Positions 1 to 11,259 are shown, numbered from the stretch's first letter. The stretch: DNA of 64,000 nt from an uncultured Collinsella sp. (GCA_902475245.1 CABRYP010000004.1:18482-82481); one strand, 5' to 3'. Translations and numbers: made by a program. The notes: generated by a model from the sequence alone, not told the origin.

Positions 1-972
1 CGCGTGGACTCGAGCCAGGCTAACCGTCGCGTGATCGAATCGCTCATCAAGGCAGGTGCTTTCGACTCCACGGGGTATCCGCGTCGTCAGATGATGCACT
101 TTGTGGATAAGAACAACCCCGAGAACATCATCGATGCCGCGGTAAAGCGCCAGAAAGATCGTGCGAGCGGCCAGACGTCGTTCTTCGATATGTTTGGCGA
201 CGTTGAGGGCTCGGGCTTTGAGGTGAGCGTGCCCGATCCGGATGGCCAGGAGTGGGACCGCCACCTTAAGCTGAGCCAGGAGAAGGAGGTTCTGGGCATC
301 TATGTCTCGGACCACCCGCTGCGCCCGTTTGAGTATGCGCTAGCCAAGGCACGCGACTTCTCGTTCTCGCAGATCGATACCGGCTACGAGGTGCAAAACC
401 CCACGGGCGGTACCATCAACCAGGAGATTCCCGAGGGCAAGGCGCTGTGGTGGGCCGGTATGGTCTCGAGCGTGTCCAAGCGCGTGACCAAAAACGGCGA
501 CCCCATGGGCATTGTGCAGCTCGAGGACATGGAAGGCGAGGCCACGGTCGTGGTGTTCCCCAAGACCTACAAGGAGGCCGAGGGGTACCTGTACGGCGAG
601 GTCGATCCCGAGACCGGTGCACAGCTGTCCGATGCGTTTGTGCGCATTAAGGGCAAGCTCGAGCGCTCGGACCGCGGCGATCAGATCATCGCGCAGGAGA
701 TTGTGCCGCTGGAGCTCAACGAGGAGACCAACAAGCCCAAGGTGTTTGAGGTCATGGTGCCCAACAGCCGCTTTAGCCAGGGCAATATGGCGCGTCTTGC
801 CACGGTGCTTACCGCCAACCCGGGCGGCGACCGCGTGGAGATCTTTATCGAGCAGGTGGACGGGCGCGTACTGCGTGCCGAGGTGCCGGCCAAGGTCAAC
901 GCGCGCTCGATTCCGCTGCTGGCCGAGGCCAAAGCCATCGTGGGTAACCAGGGCAGAGTGACGGTGATTTAA
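1..972 (+). CDS. dnaE: DNA polymerase III alpha subunit, C-terminal part (5' truncated by window)
   Basis: 'NRRVIESLIKAGAFD', 'EKEVLGIYVSDHPL' and OB-fold 'TKNGDPMGIVQLED' are typical DnaE C-terminal motifs. Confidence 0.93.
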   Translation, partial: RVDSSQANRRVIESLIKAGAFDSTGYPRRQMMHFVDKNNPENIIDAAVKRQKDRASGQTSFFDMFGDVEGSGFEVSVPDPDGQEWDRHLKLSQEKEVLGIYVSDHPLRPFEYALAKARDFSFSQIDTGYEVQNPTGGTINQEIPEGKALWWAGMVSSVSKRVTKNGDPMGIVQLEDMEGEATVVVFPKTYKEAEGYLYGEVDPETGAQLSDAFVRIKGKLERSDRGDQIIAQEIVPLELNEETNKPKVFEVMVPNSRFSQGNMARLATVLTANPGGDRVEIFIEQVDGRVLRAEVPAKVNARSIPLLAEAKAIVGNQGRVTVI

Positions 973-1010
973 GGGTGACCTTGCTGGTCCGCGCGAGATT
1001 GGAGGAAGTG

Positions 1011-4000
1011 ATGGCGCAGGGGACGTTTGTGCAGGCGCTTCGCAAGGAGGCGGCGCTTAGCAGCACTTTTATGAAGGGGCGTTCGCTCATGCTCAACGGC
1101 GCCGTGCTGTCGTTTGAGGACTCCGGCTCGCGCTTCTCCAAAAATGTGACTATCGAGGGCACGGTGCGTGGCTCGCGCGGCGACCTGTATAAGACACACG
1201 TGGCGCTCGATATGGACGAGCACGAGGTTGTCGACTACGACTGCGATTGCCCGGCCGCCTTCCGCTATTCCGGCATGTGCAAGCACGCCATCGCCACGGC
1301 GTTGGCGTATCTGGATGCCAGCGGCGCCGAGCCCGTCGAGGGTTTGCGCACGCCGGTCCGCACGTTTACGGCACCGCCCGCACAGTCCAAGCAGCCCGCG
1401 CGCCCCGCGCCTAGCGCATCTTCGGTCAACCCCAACTTTCCCTTCCCGGCGCCCGTCCCCACGAGCCCGAGCCTTGTGGCGGCGCTTTCCTATCTTTCGG
1501 ACGCGCGCATGGACGAGCTCGTGGCCATGCGTCGCAAGCTCGCCGGCACCATTGACCCCGATGCGCCCAAGGCGGTGCTGGAGCCCTCGCTGGTGCCGTA
1601 CTACAATCCGCTGTTTGCCGATCGCTTTAACTGGGCGCTCGAGTTTCGCATTCGCTGCGGTTCGGTGTCCTACGTGGTTAAGGATATCGACGGCATGGCC
1701 GATGCCTATGTGCGCGGCGGTACGTTCTCCTATGGCAAGAAGCTTACGTTTGCCCATGTGCCCGAAGCTTTCGATGACGTGTCGACAAAGCTGCTCGACT
1801 TTATCGCAATGACGGTCGCCTACCTAGGCGATATTACGAGCTCGCGCTCGGCATCGTATGACTTTGCCCGCAGCGGCTTTGTCGCCGAGCGTCAGTTGCC
1901 GGTATCCGAGTATTCCGTCGTGTCCGTGCTGGACCTGCTGCGCGGCAGGGCCATGTCTTTTGAGCCTGCTTGGTCGCGGGGGACGACGACGCATCGCGCC
2001 TACGAGGTGGCAGTCGAGCCGTCGCCGCAGGGGGAGGGCGAAGCCCCGGCCAAGCGCCCGCCGCTCCTTGCCGCCAAGATTGCACCGGCGGCGGGTGGCA
2101 GCTACGACTTGCGCCTGCCGGCCGATACGTATTGCTTTGTCGCGAGCGACGCAGCCTATCTGGTCGATACGCGCCGAGCACGCCGTACCGACACGGCGTT
2201 TGCCCAACATGCGGCGCCGTTCCTTTCGCACTTGTTGCCCTGCCGCACGCCGGTCCATATCGCTGCCGACCAGGTGGGCGAGTTCTGCCGCATGGCGCTG
2301 CCTATCTTGCGCGACTATACCGACCTGACCGCTCCCGCCGCGCTCGACGCCGTGGCACCCGAGCCGAGTTTTGCCATGGCGATTGGCGTCGACGATGGTC
2401 TTGTGACCTGCAAGATTACGGTGACCTACGGCGATTGGTCGGCAGATCTCTTTAGTCTTGGTGCTCCGGGCAGTCCTTTCGAAGAGCAACGCCCCGGCGT
2501 TCCGCCCCGCGATACGGTGGCGGAGTTTCGCGTTATGGACACGGCGGCCCTGTACTTCGATTTCTACGAGGGCGGCCTGGCGTTTGAGGAGCGCGACGAC
2601 GCCCGCCTGTTCCACTTGCTGACCGAGGGCCTGTCTGCCCTGTCCGAGCTGGGCGAGGTCATGCTCAGCGATCGCCTGCGCCAGATCTCGGTCCGTCCTG
2701 CGCCCAAGCTTTCGGTGCGTGCGACCGTCAAGAGTAACCTGCTCGACGTCGAACTGGGCGCAAGTGGCCTTTCGGCGGCAGACCTTGCCATCTACCTTGA
2801 CTCCTACAAGCGTCACCAGACGTTTGCGCGCCTTACATCCGGCGACATCGTTCGCCTGGACGAGGGCGCTCGTGCCGCGTTTGGCCTTGCCGAGGACTTG
2901 GGCGTCGATGCCGTCGACCTGCTCGACGGCGTGTCGCTTCCCGCGTCGAGTACCCTTTTTGTCGACAGCATGCTCGAGCGCACGCCTGCGCTCGAGGCCG
3001 ATCGTGACGCGGCGTTCCGCCGCACCGTCGAGCGCCTGGACACGCTCGGCAAGATGGACTTTACGGTACCCGCCTCGCTCAAGGCCACACTGCGTGGCTA
3101 CCAGATTGACGGCTACCAGTGGCTCGGCTCGCTCGAGCACCTGGGCCTTGGCGGCATCTTGGCCGACGATATGGGCCTGGGCAAAACGCTGCAGATGATC
3201 GCGCACATTCTGGCGCGCGTGGAAGCGGGGGATACCAAGCCCACGCTCGTGGTATGCCCCGCGTCGCTCGTGTACAACTGGGCTGCCGAGTTGGAGCGCT
3301 TTGCCCCCTCGATTGATGTGTGTGCCATCGTGGGCGCCAAGGCCCAGCGTCGCGTGCAAATTGCCGGCGTGGCCGAGCACAACGTGGTCGTGACGTCGTA
3401 TGACCTCATGCGCTGCGACATCGACGAATACATCGAGCAGGACTTTGCCCGCGTGGTGCTCGACGAAGCCCAGTACATTAAAAACCCGCTCACCCAGGTG
3501 GCGCGCGCCGCCAAGCGCCTGCCGGCCGGCGTGCGCTTTGCCTTGACGGGAACGCCCATCGAAAACCGCCTGTCCGAGCTCTGGAGTATCTTCGACTTTT
3601 TGATGCCGGGTCTTCTGGGCACGCGTGACTCATTTGCCAAGCGCTTTGAGAGTCCCGTCGAGCATGCCGAGGGTGACAGCGCCGCTCGTCTGCAGGCGCT
3701 CGTGTCGCCGTTTGTGTTGCGCCGTGTCAAGGAAGACGTGGTGGCCGACCTGCCCGAAAAGATCGAGGACACTGTCGTGGCTCAGCTCACCGGCGAGCAG
3801 CGCAAGCTGTACCTGGCAAACCAGGACCGCATCGCCCAGCAGGTGCAGCGCCGCGAGGCATCCGAGTTTAAGAAAGACAAGCTCAAGGTACTTGCCGAGC
3901 TCACCAAGCTGCGCCAGATTTGTTGCGACCCGCATCTGCACTATGCGGACTACAAGGCGGGAAGTGCCAAGCTCGATACGTGCATGGAGCTCGTTCACGG

Positions 4001-4484
4001 CGCACTCGACGGTGGTCATCGCATCTTGTTGTTCAGCCAGTTTACGGGCATGCTCGATATCATCGGCAGGCGCTTGGCCAAGGAGGACATCGCCTTCCTT
4101 AAGCTCACGGGTGCTTCGTCCAAGGAGAGCCGCGCCAAGATGGTCGCGCAGTTCCAAGCGGGTGAGGTTCCGGTCTTTTTGATCTCGCTCAAGGCGGGCG
4201 GCGTGGGCCTTAACCTGACAGCGGCCGACGTGGTCATTCACTACGACCCGTGGTGGAACGTGGCCGCGCAGGACCAGGCGACCGACCGCGCGCATCGTAT
4301 TGGCCAGCAACATACCGTGACCGTGTACAAGCTCATCGCCAAGGACACGATCGAGGAGCGCATTATGCAGATGCAGGAGTCCAAGCGCGATCTGGTCAAC
4401 AGCGTGCTCGGCGGCGACGGCATCTCGTCGGCACTGTTCACGCGCGAGGATGTTCTGGCGCTGCTCGGCGGCGACGGTCGCTAA
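1011..4484 (+). CDS. SWIM zinc finger / SNF2-family helicase
   Basis: SWIM CxC..CxH ('CDCPA...CKH'); 'GGILADDMGLGKT', 'DEAQYIKN', 'LTGTPIENRL', 'QATDRAHRIGQ'; GGAGG RBS before ATG 1011. Confidence 0.92.
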   Translation: MAQGTFVQALRKEAALSSTFMKGRSLMLNGAVLSFEDSGSRFSKNVTIEGTVRGSRGDLYKTHVALDMDEHEVVDYDCDCPAAFRYSGMCKHAIATALAYLDASGAEPVEGLRTPVRTFTAPPAQSKQPARPAPSASSVNPNFPFPAPVPTSPSLVAALSYLSDARMDELVAMRRKLAGTIDPDAPKAVLEPSLVPYYNPLFADRFNWALEFRIRCGSVSYVVKDIDGMADAYVRGGTFSYGKKLTFAHVPEAFDDVSTKLLDFIAMTVAYLGDITSSRSASYDFARSGFVAERQLPVSEYSVVSVLDLLRGRAMSFEPAWSRGTTTHRAYEVAVEPSPQGEGEAPAKRPPLLAAKIAPAAGGSYDLRLPADTYCFVASDAAYLVDTRRARRTDTAFAQHAAPFLSHLLPCRTPVHIAADQVGEFCRMALPILRDYTDLTAPAALDAVAPEPSFAMAIGVDDGLVTCKITVTYGDWSADLFSLGAPGSPFEEQRPGVPPRDTVAEFRVMDTAALYFDFYEGGLAFEERDDARLFHLLTEGLSALSELGEVMLSDRLRQISVRPAPKLSVRATVKSNLLDVELGASGLSAADLAIYLDSYKRHQTFARLTSGDIVRLDEGARAAFGLAEDLGVDAVDLLDGVSLPASSTLFVDSMLERTPALEADRDAAFRRTVERLDTLGKMDFTVPASLKATLRGYQIDGYQWLGSLEHLGLGGILADDMGLGKTLQMIAHILARVEAGDTKPTLVVCPASLVYNWAAELERFAPSIDVCAIVGAKAQRRVQIAGVAEHNVVVTSYDLMRCDIDEYIEQDFARVVLDEAQYIKNPLTQVARAAKRLPAGVRFALTGTPIENRLSELWSIFDFLMPGLLGTRDSFAKRFESPVEHAEGDSAARLQALVSPFVLRRVKEDVVADLPEKIEDTVVAQLTGEQRKLYLANQDRIAQQVQRREASEFKKDKLKVLAELTKLRQICCDPHLHYADYKAGSAKLDTCMELVHGALDGGHRILLFSQFTGMLDIIGRRLAKEDIAFLKLTGASSKESRAKMVAQFQAGEVPVFLISLKAGGVGLNLTAADVVIHYDPWWNVAAQDQATDRAHRIGQQHTVTVYKLIAKDTIEERIMQMQESKRDLVNSVLGGDGISSALFTREDVLALLGGDGR

Positions 4485-4634
4485 CCCGCTCGGGTGGGGC
4501 CGTCAGGGCGGATGGCACACGCTGTCCCATCGTCCCCGCCCGTTATGTGTTCATTTGCAATGCCGTGGATGGTTTGTCTGCCTTTGGGCATAAGAACCAT
4601 CAAGAACATTGGCACATCAGCAAAGGAGAACATC

Positions 4635-4997
4635 ATGGCGAAATTCTTTAAGGACCCCGACGGTAAGCTCATTGCCGCCCTTGGCGACGACGTTGCGACC
4701 CCTGCCGGTTGCACGGAACTGACCGCAAACACTGAGGACGCGGCGCACGAGAAGCACGTGCCTGTTGTCGAGACCGAGCGTGACGGTCACGTGATTCGCG
4801 CACGCGTTGGCTCGGTCGAGCACCCCAGCCTGCCCGAGCACTACATTGAGTGGATCGCGCTTGAGGCCGAGGGCCGCTTGGAGGTCCATTACCTTGAGCC
4901 CGGCATGAAGCCCACGACGTTTTTCGCTGGCGGCTCCAAGACCGGTACCGTCTATGCCTACTGCAACCTGCACGGGCTGTGGTCCGCGACGTTCTAG
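4635..4997 (+). CDS. Superoxide reductase (desulfoferrodoxin/neelaredoxin family)
   Basis: 'EKHVP', 'HP...HYIEWI', 'YCNLHGLW' iron-site motifs; AAGGAG RBS. Confidence 0.9.
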   Translation: MAKFFKDPDGKLIAALGDDVATPAGCTELTANTEDAAHEKHVPVVETERDGHVIRARVGSVEHPSLPEHYIEWIALEAEGRLEVHYLEPGMKPTTFFAGGSKTGTVYAYCNLHGLWSATF

Positions 4998-5043
4998 GAG
5001 CGCGCCCCCGCTCGGGGTATCATAGCTAGCATATGCACATGCG

Positions 5044-5075
5044 AGCGCCGGCTGCATTATGCGGCCGGCGCTTTT
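5044..5075 (+). terminator. Intrinsic terminator after superoxide reductase
   Basis: AGCGCCGGCTGCA-tta-TGCGGCCGGCGCT stem followed by T-run. Confidence 0.65.
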
Positions 5076-5114
5076 ACTACGACAACGATGGTTTACGACG
5101 GAAAGGGCTGAGCC

Positions 5115-7100
5115 ATGAAGCTCGCGCTTGCACAGATCGATATGCGCCTGGGTGATATTGAGGGCATTTGCGGCCGCATCGAGGACCAGGCTCGCCTGGC
5201 TCATGAGCGCGGCGCGCGCGTGCTGTGCGTTCCGGCCCCGCTCTTTATGGGCGCCATGCCGGGCAGCCTGGTGGGCGCTGCTGATTTTGAGCACGATATG
5301 CTGACGGGCCTGACGGGCGTTGCCGAGCGCATCCAAGAGCTCGATATGATCTGCATCGTGCCCGCTGCGGTTTCGTTTGAGGGTCAGCCCCTGCTTGACT
5401 ATATGATGCTTAAGGATGGTCGCGTGGTGCCTGCGCGCGCAAGTATTGCCCTGCAGCGTGGCGAGAGCAACGATGCGCGTTGGGTACCGCCGGTGTTTGA
5501 CGTGGACGGCGTGCGCATCGCCGTGGTGTTTGACCTGGACCGCGAGCTCGAAATGCTGCCGACCGGCGTCGACCTCATTGCCTATTTCCAGTTCAACGCG
5601 TTTGACATGACCGACCGCGAGACCGCCGCCGTCGCCGCCGTGCGCAGCGGTGCCTACCGCAAGATCGCCTCCAAGCGCAGCGTATGGTTTGCCTGCATGG
5701 CGCCGGTCGGCGCCTATGACGAGTCGGTGTATACCGGCGGGTCGTTTGTGCTCGACGATTGCGGTCGCGTGGTGGCCCAGGCGCCGTGCCTTGAGGAGAG
5801 CCTGCTGGTTCAGGAGATTCAGCGCGGCGTGATGCTCGATGCCCTGGAGGACCACGAGCTGCCCGAGTTTCGCTCTGAGGAGTGGTTGTGGCAGGCGCTG
5901 GTGCTTGCCGTGCGCGACAATGCCCGCGCCCGCGGCGCCTCGCGTGCCGTGGTGGCGCTCGAGGGCGATCTGCCGTCGTCCCTGTTGGCGGCGCTTGCCG
6001 TCGACGCCTTGGGTCCGCGTAACGTAATTGGCCTGGTGCTGGGGCGCAATCGCATCTTTACGCCGGCGCAGGAGGAGGCAGAGGCCGCCCGCTGTTCTGC
6101 TGTGCGCTCAATCGCCGAGCGCTTGCACATTCGCACCGTCGAGCGCGATGCGCCGGATGCGGCGCGCGTGCTCGATCGCGACGTGTCGGCGGGCGATGCC
6201 GAACGCCTGCGTTCGCGCGCGCTGGGCCTGATGCTCGAGGATACGGCGCTCGAGCTGGGCGCCATGGCGTTGAGCCCGCTTTCCAAGACTGAGTACGCAT
6301 TGGCGGCGCCCGCGCTGTCCGGCGGCTATCAGGGCGACTTTGCGCCCTTTGGCGATGTGTATCTGTCGACGCTCGAGTTTGTGGCACGCGTGCGCAACCG
6401 TGCCTCGGCCGTGGTGCCCCAAGAGCTCGTGACGCTCAACGCGGTAGAGGATTGCATGGATCGCGTGCTGGCGCAGGCACTCTCGACGCTCGCCGGCCCG
6501 GTTGATATGCTCGATCGCGCGGCGCAGCTGCTTGGCGGGCTTGAGCCGGGTGAGGTCGATGGTGCGCTCGAGTCGCACGTGGACCGCAACCGTCCCTTTG
6601 ACGACATCCCGATGGCCGCCGCCAAGCCCGAGGCCTGCTCGCTGCTGCTGATGCTCGTGCGCCAGGGTGAGGCTGCTCGTCGCATGCTACCGACGGCCCC
6701 GATCGTCTCGGCCCGTTCGTTTGCCGAGCGCGCCTGGCCGTACATGCTTGCATGGTCCGATCTGGGGCTCAACGGTAAGGAGCGCATGACGGTTGATTCG
6801 CTGGCACGCGCCGAGGTGCGCCGCTTTGCCGACGACGATACGAGTGACCGCATGCGCGGCGAGATGATGGGCCTGTTGGGCGAGCTGTTGGGTATTTCGC
6901 CTGAGCAGATGGAAGAGCTGCGCTCTGAGGACGGTCAGCGTCGTTTGCACGAGGGAATGAAAAAGTTCGAGGGCGAGGTTCAGGACGCCATCGACAAGAT
7001 GATGGGCGGCCAGGGCGGACCACAGGGTGGGCCCCAGGGAGGTCCGATGCCGCATCCGCCGGTGGATCCCCGACAGTTCCCGTTCTTCTCGCAGAACTAA
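5115..7100 (+). CDS. Glutamine-dependent NAD synthetase-like protein (nitrilase-fold + NAD synthase fold) with degenerate motifs
   Basis: 'MKLALAQID..LGDIEG', 'VGAYDESVYTGGSFVLD..GRVVAQAP', 'LWQALVLAVRD', 'LAVDALG..NVIGL', 'SKTE', 'GDFAPFGDVY' follow NadE architecture, but catalytic motifs are altered. Confidence 0.7.
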   Translation: MKLALAQIDMRLGDIEGICGRIEDQARLAHERGARVLCVPAPLFMGAMPGSLVGAADFEHDMLTGLTGVAERIQELDMICIVPAAVSFEGQPLLDYMMLKDGRVVPARASIALQRGESNDARWVPPVFDVDGVRIAVVFDLDRELEMLPTGVDLIAYFQFNAFDMTDRETAAVAAVRSGAYRKIASKRSVWFACMAPVGAYDESVYTGGSFVLDDCGRVVAQAPCLEESLLVQEIQRGVMLDALEDHELPEFRSEEWLWQALVLAVRDNARARGASRAVVALEGDLPSSLLAALAVDALGPRNVIGLVLGRNRIFTPAQEEAEAARCSAVRSIAERLHIRTVERDAPDAARVLDRDVSAGDAERLRSRALGLMLEDTALELGAMALSPLSKTEYALAAPALSGGYQGDFAPFGDVYLSTLEFVARVRNRASAVVPQELVTLNAVEDCMDRVLAQALSTLAGPVDMLDRAAQLLGGLEPGEVDGALESHVDRNRPFDDIPMAAAKPEACSLLLMLVRQGEAARRMLPTAPIVSARSFAERAWPYMLAWSDLGLNGKERMTVDSLARAEVRRFADDDTSDRMRGEMMGLLGELLGISPEQMEELRSEDGQRRLHEGMKKFEGEVQDAIDKMMGGQGGPQGGPQGGPMPHPPVDPRQFPFFSQN

Positions 7101-7167
7101 CTATGGGATGGGATTCGCTCCCAACCCCGATACTTCAACTAAGCGTCTTGGCCCCGTTGTGTTATTC

Positions 7168-7183
7168 TAGAACAGACGTTCGT
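7168..7183. promoter_or_regulatory. LexA (SOS) box upstream of ruvCAB
   Basis: taGAAC-agac-GTTCgt matches the Gram-positive GAAC-N4-GTTC box, directly after a TATTCT -10-like hexamer. Confidence 0.75.
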
Positions 7184-7238
7184 GAATGATGCGCGGGGCC
7201 TTGCCTTGCGCTTGGAAAAAAGGCGAGGGGAGGTTGGC

Positions 7239-7760
7239 TTGGTCATTTTGGGTATCGACCCCGGTTTGGCCCATACGGGCTGGGGGATTATCGAGGAGCG
7301 ACGTGGCGAGGTTCGCTGCCGTGCCTACGGTTGTATCGAGACCAGCGCGGGCAGCCCGCTCGCGGTGCGCCTGTCGCATATCGCCCACGACCTCAAGGGC
7401 GTCGTCGAACGCTACCGTCCCGATACCGCGGCTATCGAGAGCATCTACTTTGGCGCTAATGTCCGCTCGGCCATCCCCACGGCGCATGCCCGCGGTGCCG
7501 CGCTCGTGGCGCTTTCGGAATGCGCGCTCGAGATTGGCGAATACACGCCCATGCAGATTAAGCAGGCCGTGGTGGGCACGGGTGCCGCAGACAAGCGGCA
7601 GGTTGCCTACATGGTGCGCACGCTCACGCAGCTCGATCACGACCCTCACCCAGACCATGCCGCCGATGCCCTAGCTTGCGCCATCTGTCACGTTAACCTA
7701 AGCCGCACCCGGGCGCTTACCGGCGGCGAGTTCTATCAACAGAGAGGAACCGGATACTGA
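7239..7760 (+). CDS. ruvC: Holliday junction resolvase RuvC
   Basis: 'ILGIDPG', 'AAIES', 'EYTPMQIKQAVVGTGAADK', 'DHAADALA'; TTG start after GGAGG. Confidence 0.95.
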   Translation: MVILGIDPGLAHTGWGIIEERRGEVRCRAYGCIETSAGSPLAVRLSHIAHDLKGVVERYRPDTAAIESIYFGANVRSAIPTAHARGAALVALSECALEIGEYTPMQIKQAVVGTGAADKRQVAYMVRTLTQLDHDPHPDHAADALACAICHVNLSRTRALTGGEFYQQRGTGY

Positions 7761-8380
7761 TGATCTCCCAGCTCCATGGAACGCTTATCGAGGCCACGAT
7801 GAGCTCGGCCGTCGTCGATGTGTCGGGCGTGGGCTTTGAGCTCGGTATTTCGGGCAGCACTGCCGCCACGCTGCCTACGCCCGGCGGTGAGGTTCGCCTC
7901 TATACCCGCATGCAGGTGCGCGAGGACGCCATGACGCTTTTTGGCTTTGCTTCCAAGGACGAGCGCACGATGTTCGATCGGCTCGTTTCTGTCTCGGGCG
8001 TCGGTCCACGCCTGGCGCTTGCCGTGCTTTCCACCTATACCGTGGGACAGCTGTATTCCCTGGTACTGGCCGAGGATGACAAGGGCATGGCCAAGGTGCC
8101 CGGTGTGGGCAAAAAGACCGCCCAACGCCTCATCTTGGAGCTCAAGAGTACCTTTGCCAAGGACAAGGGCTTTGTTCCGGTCGACGTAATTCCCGGTCAG
8201 GTTGCGATGCCGGTTCCCGCCGCCGCTCCCTCGGCGATCGATGACGCCCGCGCGGCGCTCCTTTCCATGGGCTTTAGCCCTCAGGAGACCGAGGTTGCCC
8301 TGAGCGGGTATGATGGGCAGGATATGCGTGTCGAGGATCTCCTCGGCGCGGCGCTTAAGCGACTCGGAATGGATGCGTGA
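7760..8380 (+). CDS. ruvA: Holliday junction branch migration protein RuvA
   Basis: '[10 protein letters not shown]', 'LFGF', HhH 'VSGVGPRLA', '[11 protein letters not shown]'. Confidence 0.95.
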   Translation: MISQLHGTLIEATMSSAVVDVSGVGFELGISGSTAATLPTPGGEVRLYTRMQVREDAMTLFGFASKDERTMFDRLVSVSGVGPRLALAVLSTYTVGQLYSLVLAEDDKGMAKVPGVGKKTAQRLILELKSTFAKDKGFVPVDVIPGQVAMPVPAAAPSAIDDARAALLSMGFSPQETEVALSGYDGQDMRVEDLLGAALKRLGMDA

Positions 8381-9447
8381 TGTGGGAAGCCGATGACTCT
8401 CAGGACCTGTGGGCGGCGCCCGGCAGCTCGCCGGCGGCATCCATGGCACACGGCGAGCGCATGGTGGGCTCGGAGCTGACGCCCGAAGACCTCGATGTCG
8501 ACCGGACCCTGCGTCCCCAGCGCCTGGACGACTACTGCGGCCAGGAGCATATCAAGCAGAGCCTTCGCGTGCTGATCGAGGCGGCGCAGAGCCGTGGCGA
8601 GACGCTCGACCACGTGATCTTCTCGGGCCCTCCGGGTCTGGGCAAGACCACGCTGGCCACGGTTATCGCCAACGAGCTGGGCGCTCAGATCAAGACGACG
8701 AGCGGCCCTGCCATCGCGCGTACCGGCGACCTGGCGGCTATCCTTACCAACCTGCAGCCGGGTGACGTGCTGTTTATCGACGAGATTCACCGTCTTAACC
8801 GGTCGGTCGAGGAGGTCCTGTATCCCGCGATGGAGGACTTTGCGCTCGATATCGTGATCGGTAAAGGCCCGGCCGCACGTTCGATTCGCCTGGATATCCC
8901 CAAGTTTACGCTGGTGGCGGCAACGACCCGCTCGGGTATGCTGACCGGCCCGCTGCGCGACCGCTTTGGCATTTCGTATCGCCTGGACTACTACACGGTC
9001 GAGGAGCTCGCTCAGATCGTGACGCGTTCGGCGACCATCCTGGGTGTGACGATCGACCATCCCAGCGCACTTGAGATCGGCTCGCGCTCGCGTGGCACGC
9101 CGCGCTTGGCCAACCGTCTGCTCAAGCGTGTGCGCGACTATGCGCAGGTGCGCGGCAACGGTCCTATTGAGCTTGATATCTGCCGTCAGGCGCTCGAGTT
9201 CTTTGAGATTGATGAGCTTGGTCTGGACTGGATGGACATTCGCATCTTGGAGACGCTTGCCAAGACGTTCTCCGGCCGTGCCGTGGGCCTGACGACCCTT
9301 GCCAGCGCGGTGGGCGAGGACCCGGGTACGCTCGAGGATGTCTATGAGCCCTATCTGCTGCAGTGCGGCTTGATGATCCGCACGCCCCAGGGCCGTCAGG
9401 CAACCTTGCGCACCTTTGAACACTTGGGGATTGAACCTACCGTTTAG
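8380..9447 (+). CDS. ruvB: Holliday junction branch migration ATPase RuvB
   Basis: 'LRP..LDDY.GQ', 'GPPGLGKTT', 'DEIHRL', 'RGTPRLA', 'EPYL', 'RTPQGR'. Confidence 0.96.
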   Translation: MWEADDSQDLWAAPGSSPAASMAHGERMVGSELTPEDLDVDRTLRPQRLDDYCGQEHIKQSLRVLIEAAQSRGETLDHVIFSGPPGLGKTTLATVIANELGAQIKTTSGPAIARTGDLAAILTNLQPGDVLFIDEIHRLNRSVEEVLYPAMEDFALDIVIGKGPAARSIRLDIPKFTLVAATTRSGMLTGPLRDRFGISYRLDYYTVEELAQIVTRSATILGVTIDHPSALEIGSRSRGTPRLANRLLKRVRDYAQVRGNGPIELDICRQALEFFEIDELGLDWMDIRILETLAKTFSGRAVGLTTLASAVGEDPGTLEDVYEPYLLQCGLMIRTPQGRQATLRTFEHLGIEPTV

Positions 9448-9591
9448 GGCGCTTTGTTTTGGCGGGCTGTTAGGCTATCGCTGGACATTGGGTAAACATA
9501 TCGCCGTTTGTCGGTTACGGGTGCTTTACTATTGCGCGCGCGTGCTATGCTGGATTGGTCTTTTTCTCATTCGGTAACGAAAGGACCGCCC

Positions 9592-11259
9592 ATGCCTACC
9601 GACATCGAAATCGCACGTTCTGTCACGCCGCTGCCTATTACCGAGGTGGCCAAGAACGCCGGCGTCGACGTTAAGCATCTGATTCCGTACGGCTTTGACA
9701 AGGCAAAGGTCGACTATTCCCTGCTCAACGAGCCAACTGATCACCAGGCCAAGCTTGTCCTCGTGACCGCTATCAATCCCACGCCCGCAGGAGAGGGCAA
9801 GACCACCACGACCATCGGCCTGGCCGATGGCCTGCGCCGTCGCGGCGTCAAGAGCGCCGTGGCCCTGCGTGAGCCTTCGCTCGGTCCCGTGTTTGGCGTA
9901 AAGGGCGGTGCCGCTGGTGGCGGTTGGGCTCAGGTCATCCCCATGGAAGACATCAACCTGCACTTTACCGGTGACTTCCATGCTATCGGTGCCGCCAATA
10001 ACCTGCTGGCTGCCATGCTCGACAACCATATTCAGCAGGGCAACCAGCTCGGCATCGATGTTAAGCGCATCACCTGGAAGCGCGTCGTCGACATGAATGA
10101 CCGCCAGCTGCGCCACGTTATCGACGGCATTGGCGGCAAGGCTCAGGGTGTGCCGCGCGAGGACGGCTTCGACATCACTGTTGCCTCCGAGGTCATGGCG
10201 ATCTTGTGCCTGTCCACGAGCATCAACGACCTCAAGGAGCGTCTGGGCGAGATCGTCGTCGGCTACAGCTATGCCGGCGAGCCCGTCCGCGCCCGCGACC
10301 TCAAGGCCCAGGGCGCCATGGCTGCGCTGCTTAAGGATGCGCTCAAGCCCAACCTGGTGCAGACGCTCGAGGGTACGCCCGCGTTTGTCCACGGCGGCCC
10401 CTTCGCCAATATCGCCCACGGCTGCAACTCCATCATGGCCACCCGCATGGCTATGCGCTTTGGCGATGTCGCCATTACCGAGGCCGGCTTTGGCGCCGAT
10501 CTGGGTGCCGAGAAGTTCCTCGACATCAAGTGCCGCATGACGGGCGTCCGCCCCAGCGCCGTCGTGATTGTCGCCACCGCCCGCGCGCTTAAGTACAACG
10601 GCGGCGTTGCCAAGGCCGACCTTAACGACGAGAACCTCGATGCCCTCAAGGCCGGCATGCCCAACCTGCTGCGCCACGTTGACAATATCCAGAACGTCTA
10701 CGGTCTGCCCTGCGTGGTCGCCATCAACCGCTTCCCGACGGACACCGAGGCAGAGCTTGCGCTCATCGAGTCCGAGTGCCAGAAGCTCGGCGTTAACGTT
10801 AAGCTTTCCGAGGTCTGGGCCAAGGGCGGCGAGGGCGCGCTCGATTTGGCCGACGAGGTCATGCGTCTGATCGAGCAGCCGAGCGAGCTCAAGTTTGCCT
10901 ACGAGGACGGCGCCGATGTTGCCGATGCTCTGGAGGCCGTTGCCACTAAGGTTTACCGCGCCGATGGCGTCGACTTTACGCCGGCTGCCAAGCGCCAGCT
11001 CGCCGAGCTGCGCGAGAACGGCTTTGGCAACCTGCCGGTGTGCGTCGCCAAGACCCAGTACAGCTTTAGCGATAACGCCAAGGCTCTGGGCGCTCCCGAG
11101 GGCTTCCGCATCACCGTGCGCGAGCTCAAGGTTTCCGCCGGCGCCCACTTTGTGGTCGCACTGACTGGCAGTGTTCTGACCATGCCGGGCCTGCCCAAGG
11201 TTCCCGCGGCCGAGAACATCGACGTCGACAACGACGGCAACATCACCGGCCTGTTCTAA
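9592..11259 (+). CDS. fhs: Formate--tetrahydrofolate ligase
   Basis: 'TPAGEGKTT', 'KGGAAGGG', 'INLHFTGD', '[11 protein letters not shown]', 'TMPGLP'. Confidence 0.97.
   Translation: MPTDIEIARSVTPLPITEVAKNAGVDVKHLIPYGFDKAKVDYSLLNEPTDHQAKLVLVTAINPTPAGEGKTTTTIGLADGLRRRGVKSAVALREPSLGPVFGVKGGAAGGGWAQVIPMEDINLHFTGDFHAIGAANNLLAAMLDNHIQQGNQLGIDVKRITWKRVVDMNDRQLRHVIDGIGGKAQGVPREDGFDITVASEVMAILCLSTSINDLKERLGEIVVGYSYAGEPVRARDLKAQGAMAALLKDALKPNLVQTLEGTPAFVHGGPFANIAHGCNSIMATRMAMRFGDVAITEAGFGADLGAEKFLDIKCRMTGVRPSAVVIVATARALKYNGGVAKADLNDENLDALKAGMPNLLRHVDNIQNVYGLPCVVAINRFPTDTEAELALIESECQKLGVNVKLSEVWAKGGEGALDLADEVMRLIEQPSELKFAYEDGADVADALEAVATKVYRADGVDFTPAAKRQLAELRENGFGNLPVCVAKTQYSFSDNAKALGAPEGFRITVRELKVSAGAHFVVALTGSVLTMPGLPKVPAAENIDVDNDGNITGLF

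Noticed and set aside
1824..11148. Long antisense ORFs (e.g. 1824-3380, 8281-9423, 9529-11148) and similar ones elsewhere
   Set aside because: They overlap well-supported genes on the opposite strand and lack motifs or RBS.
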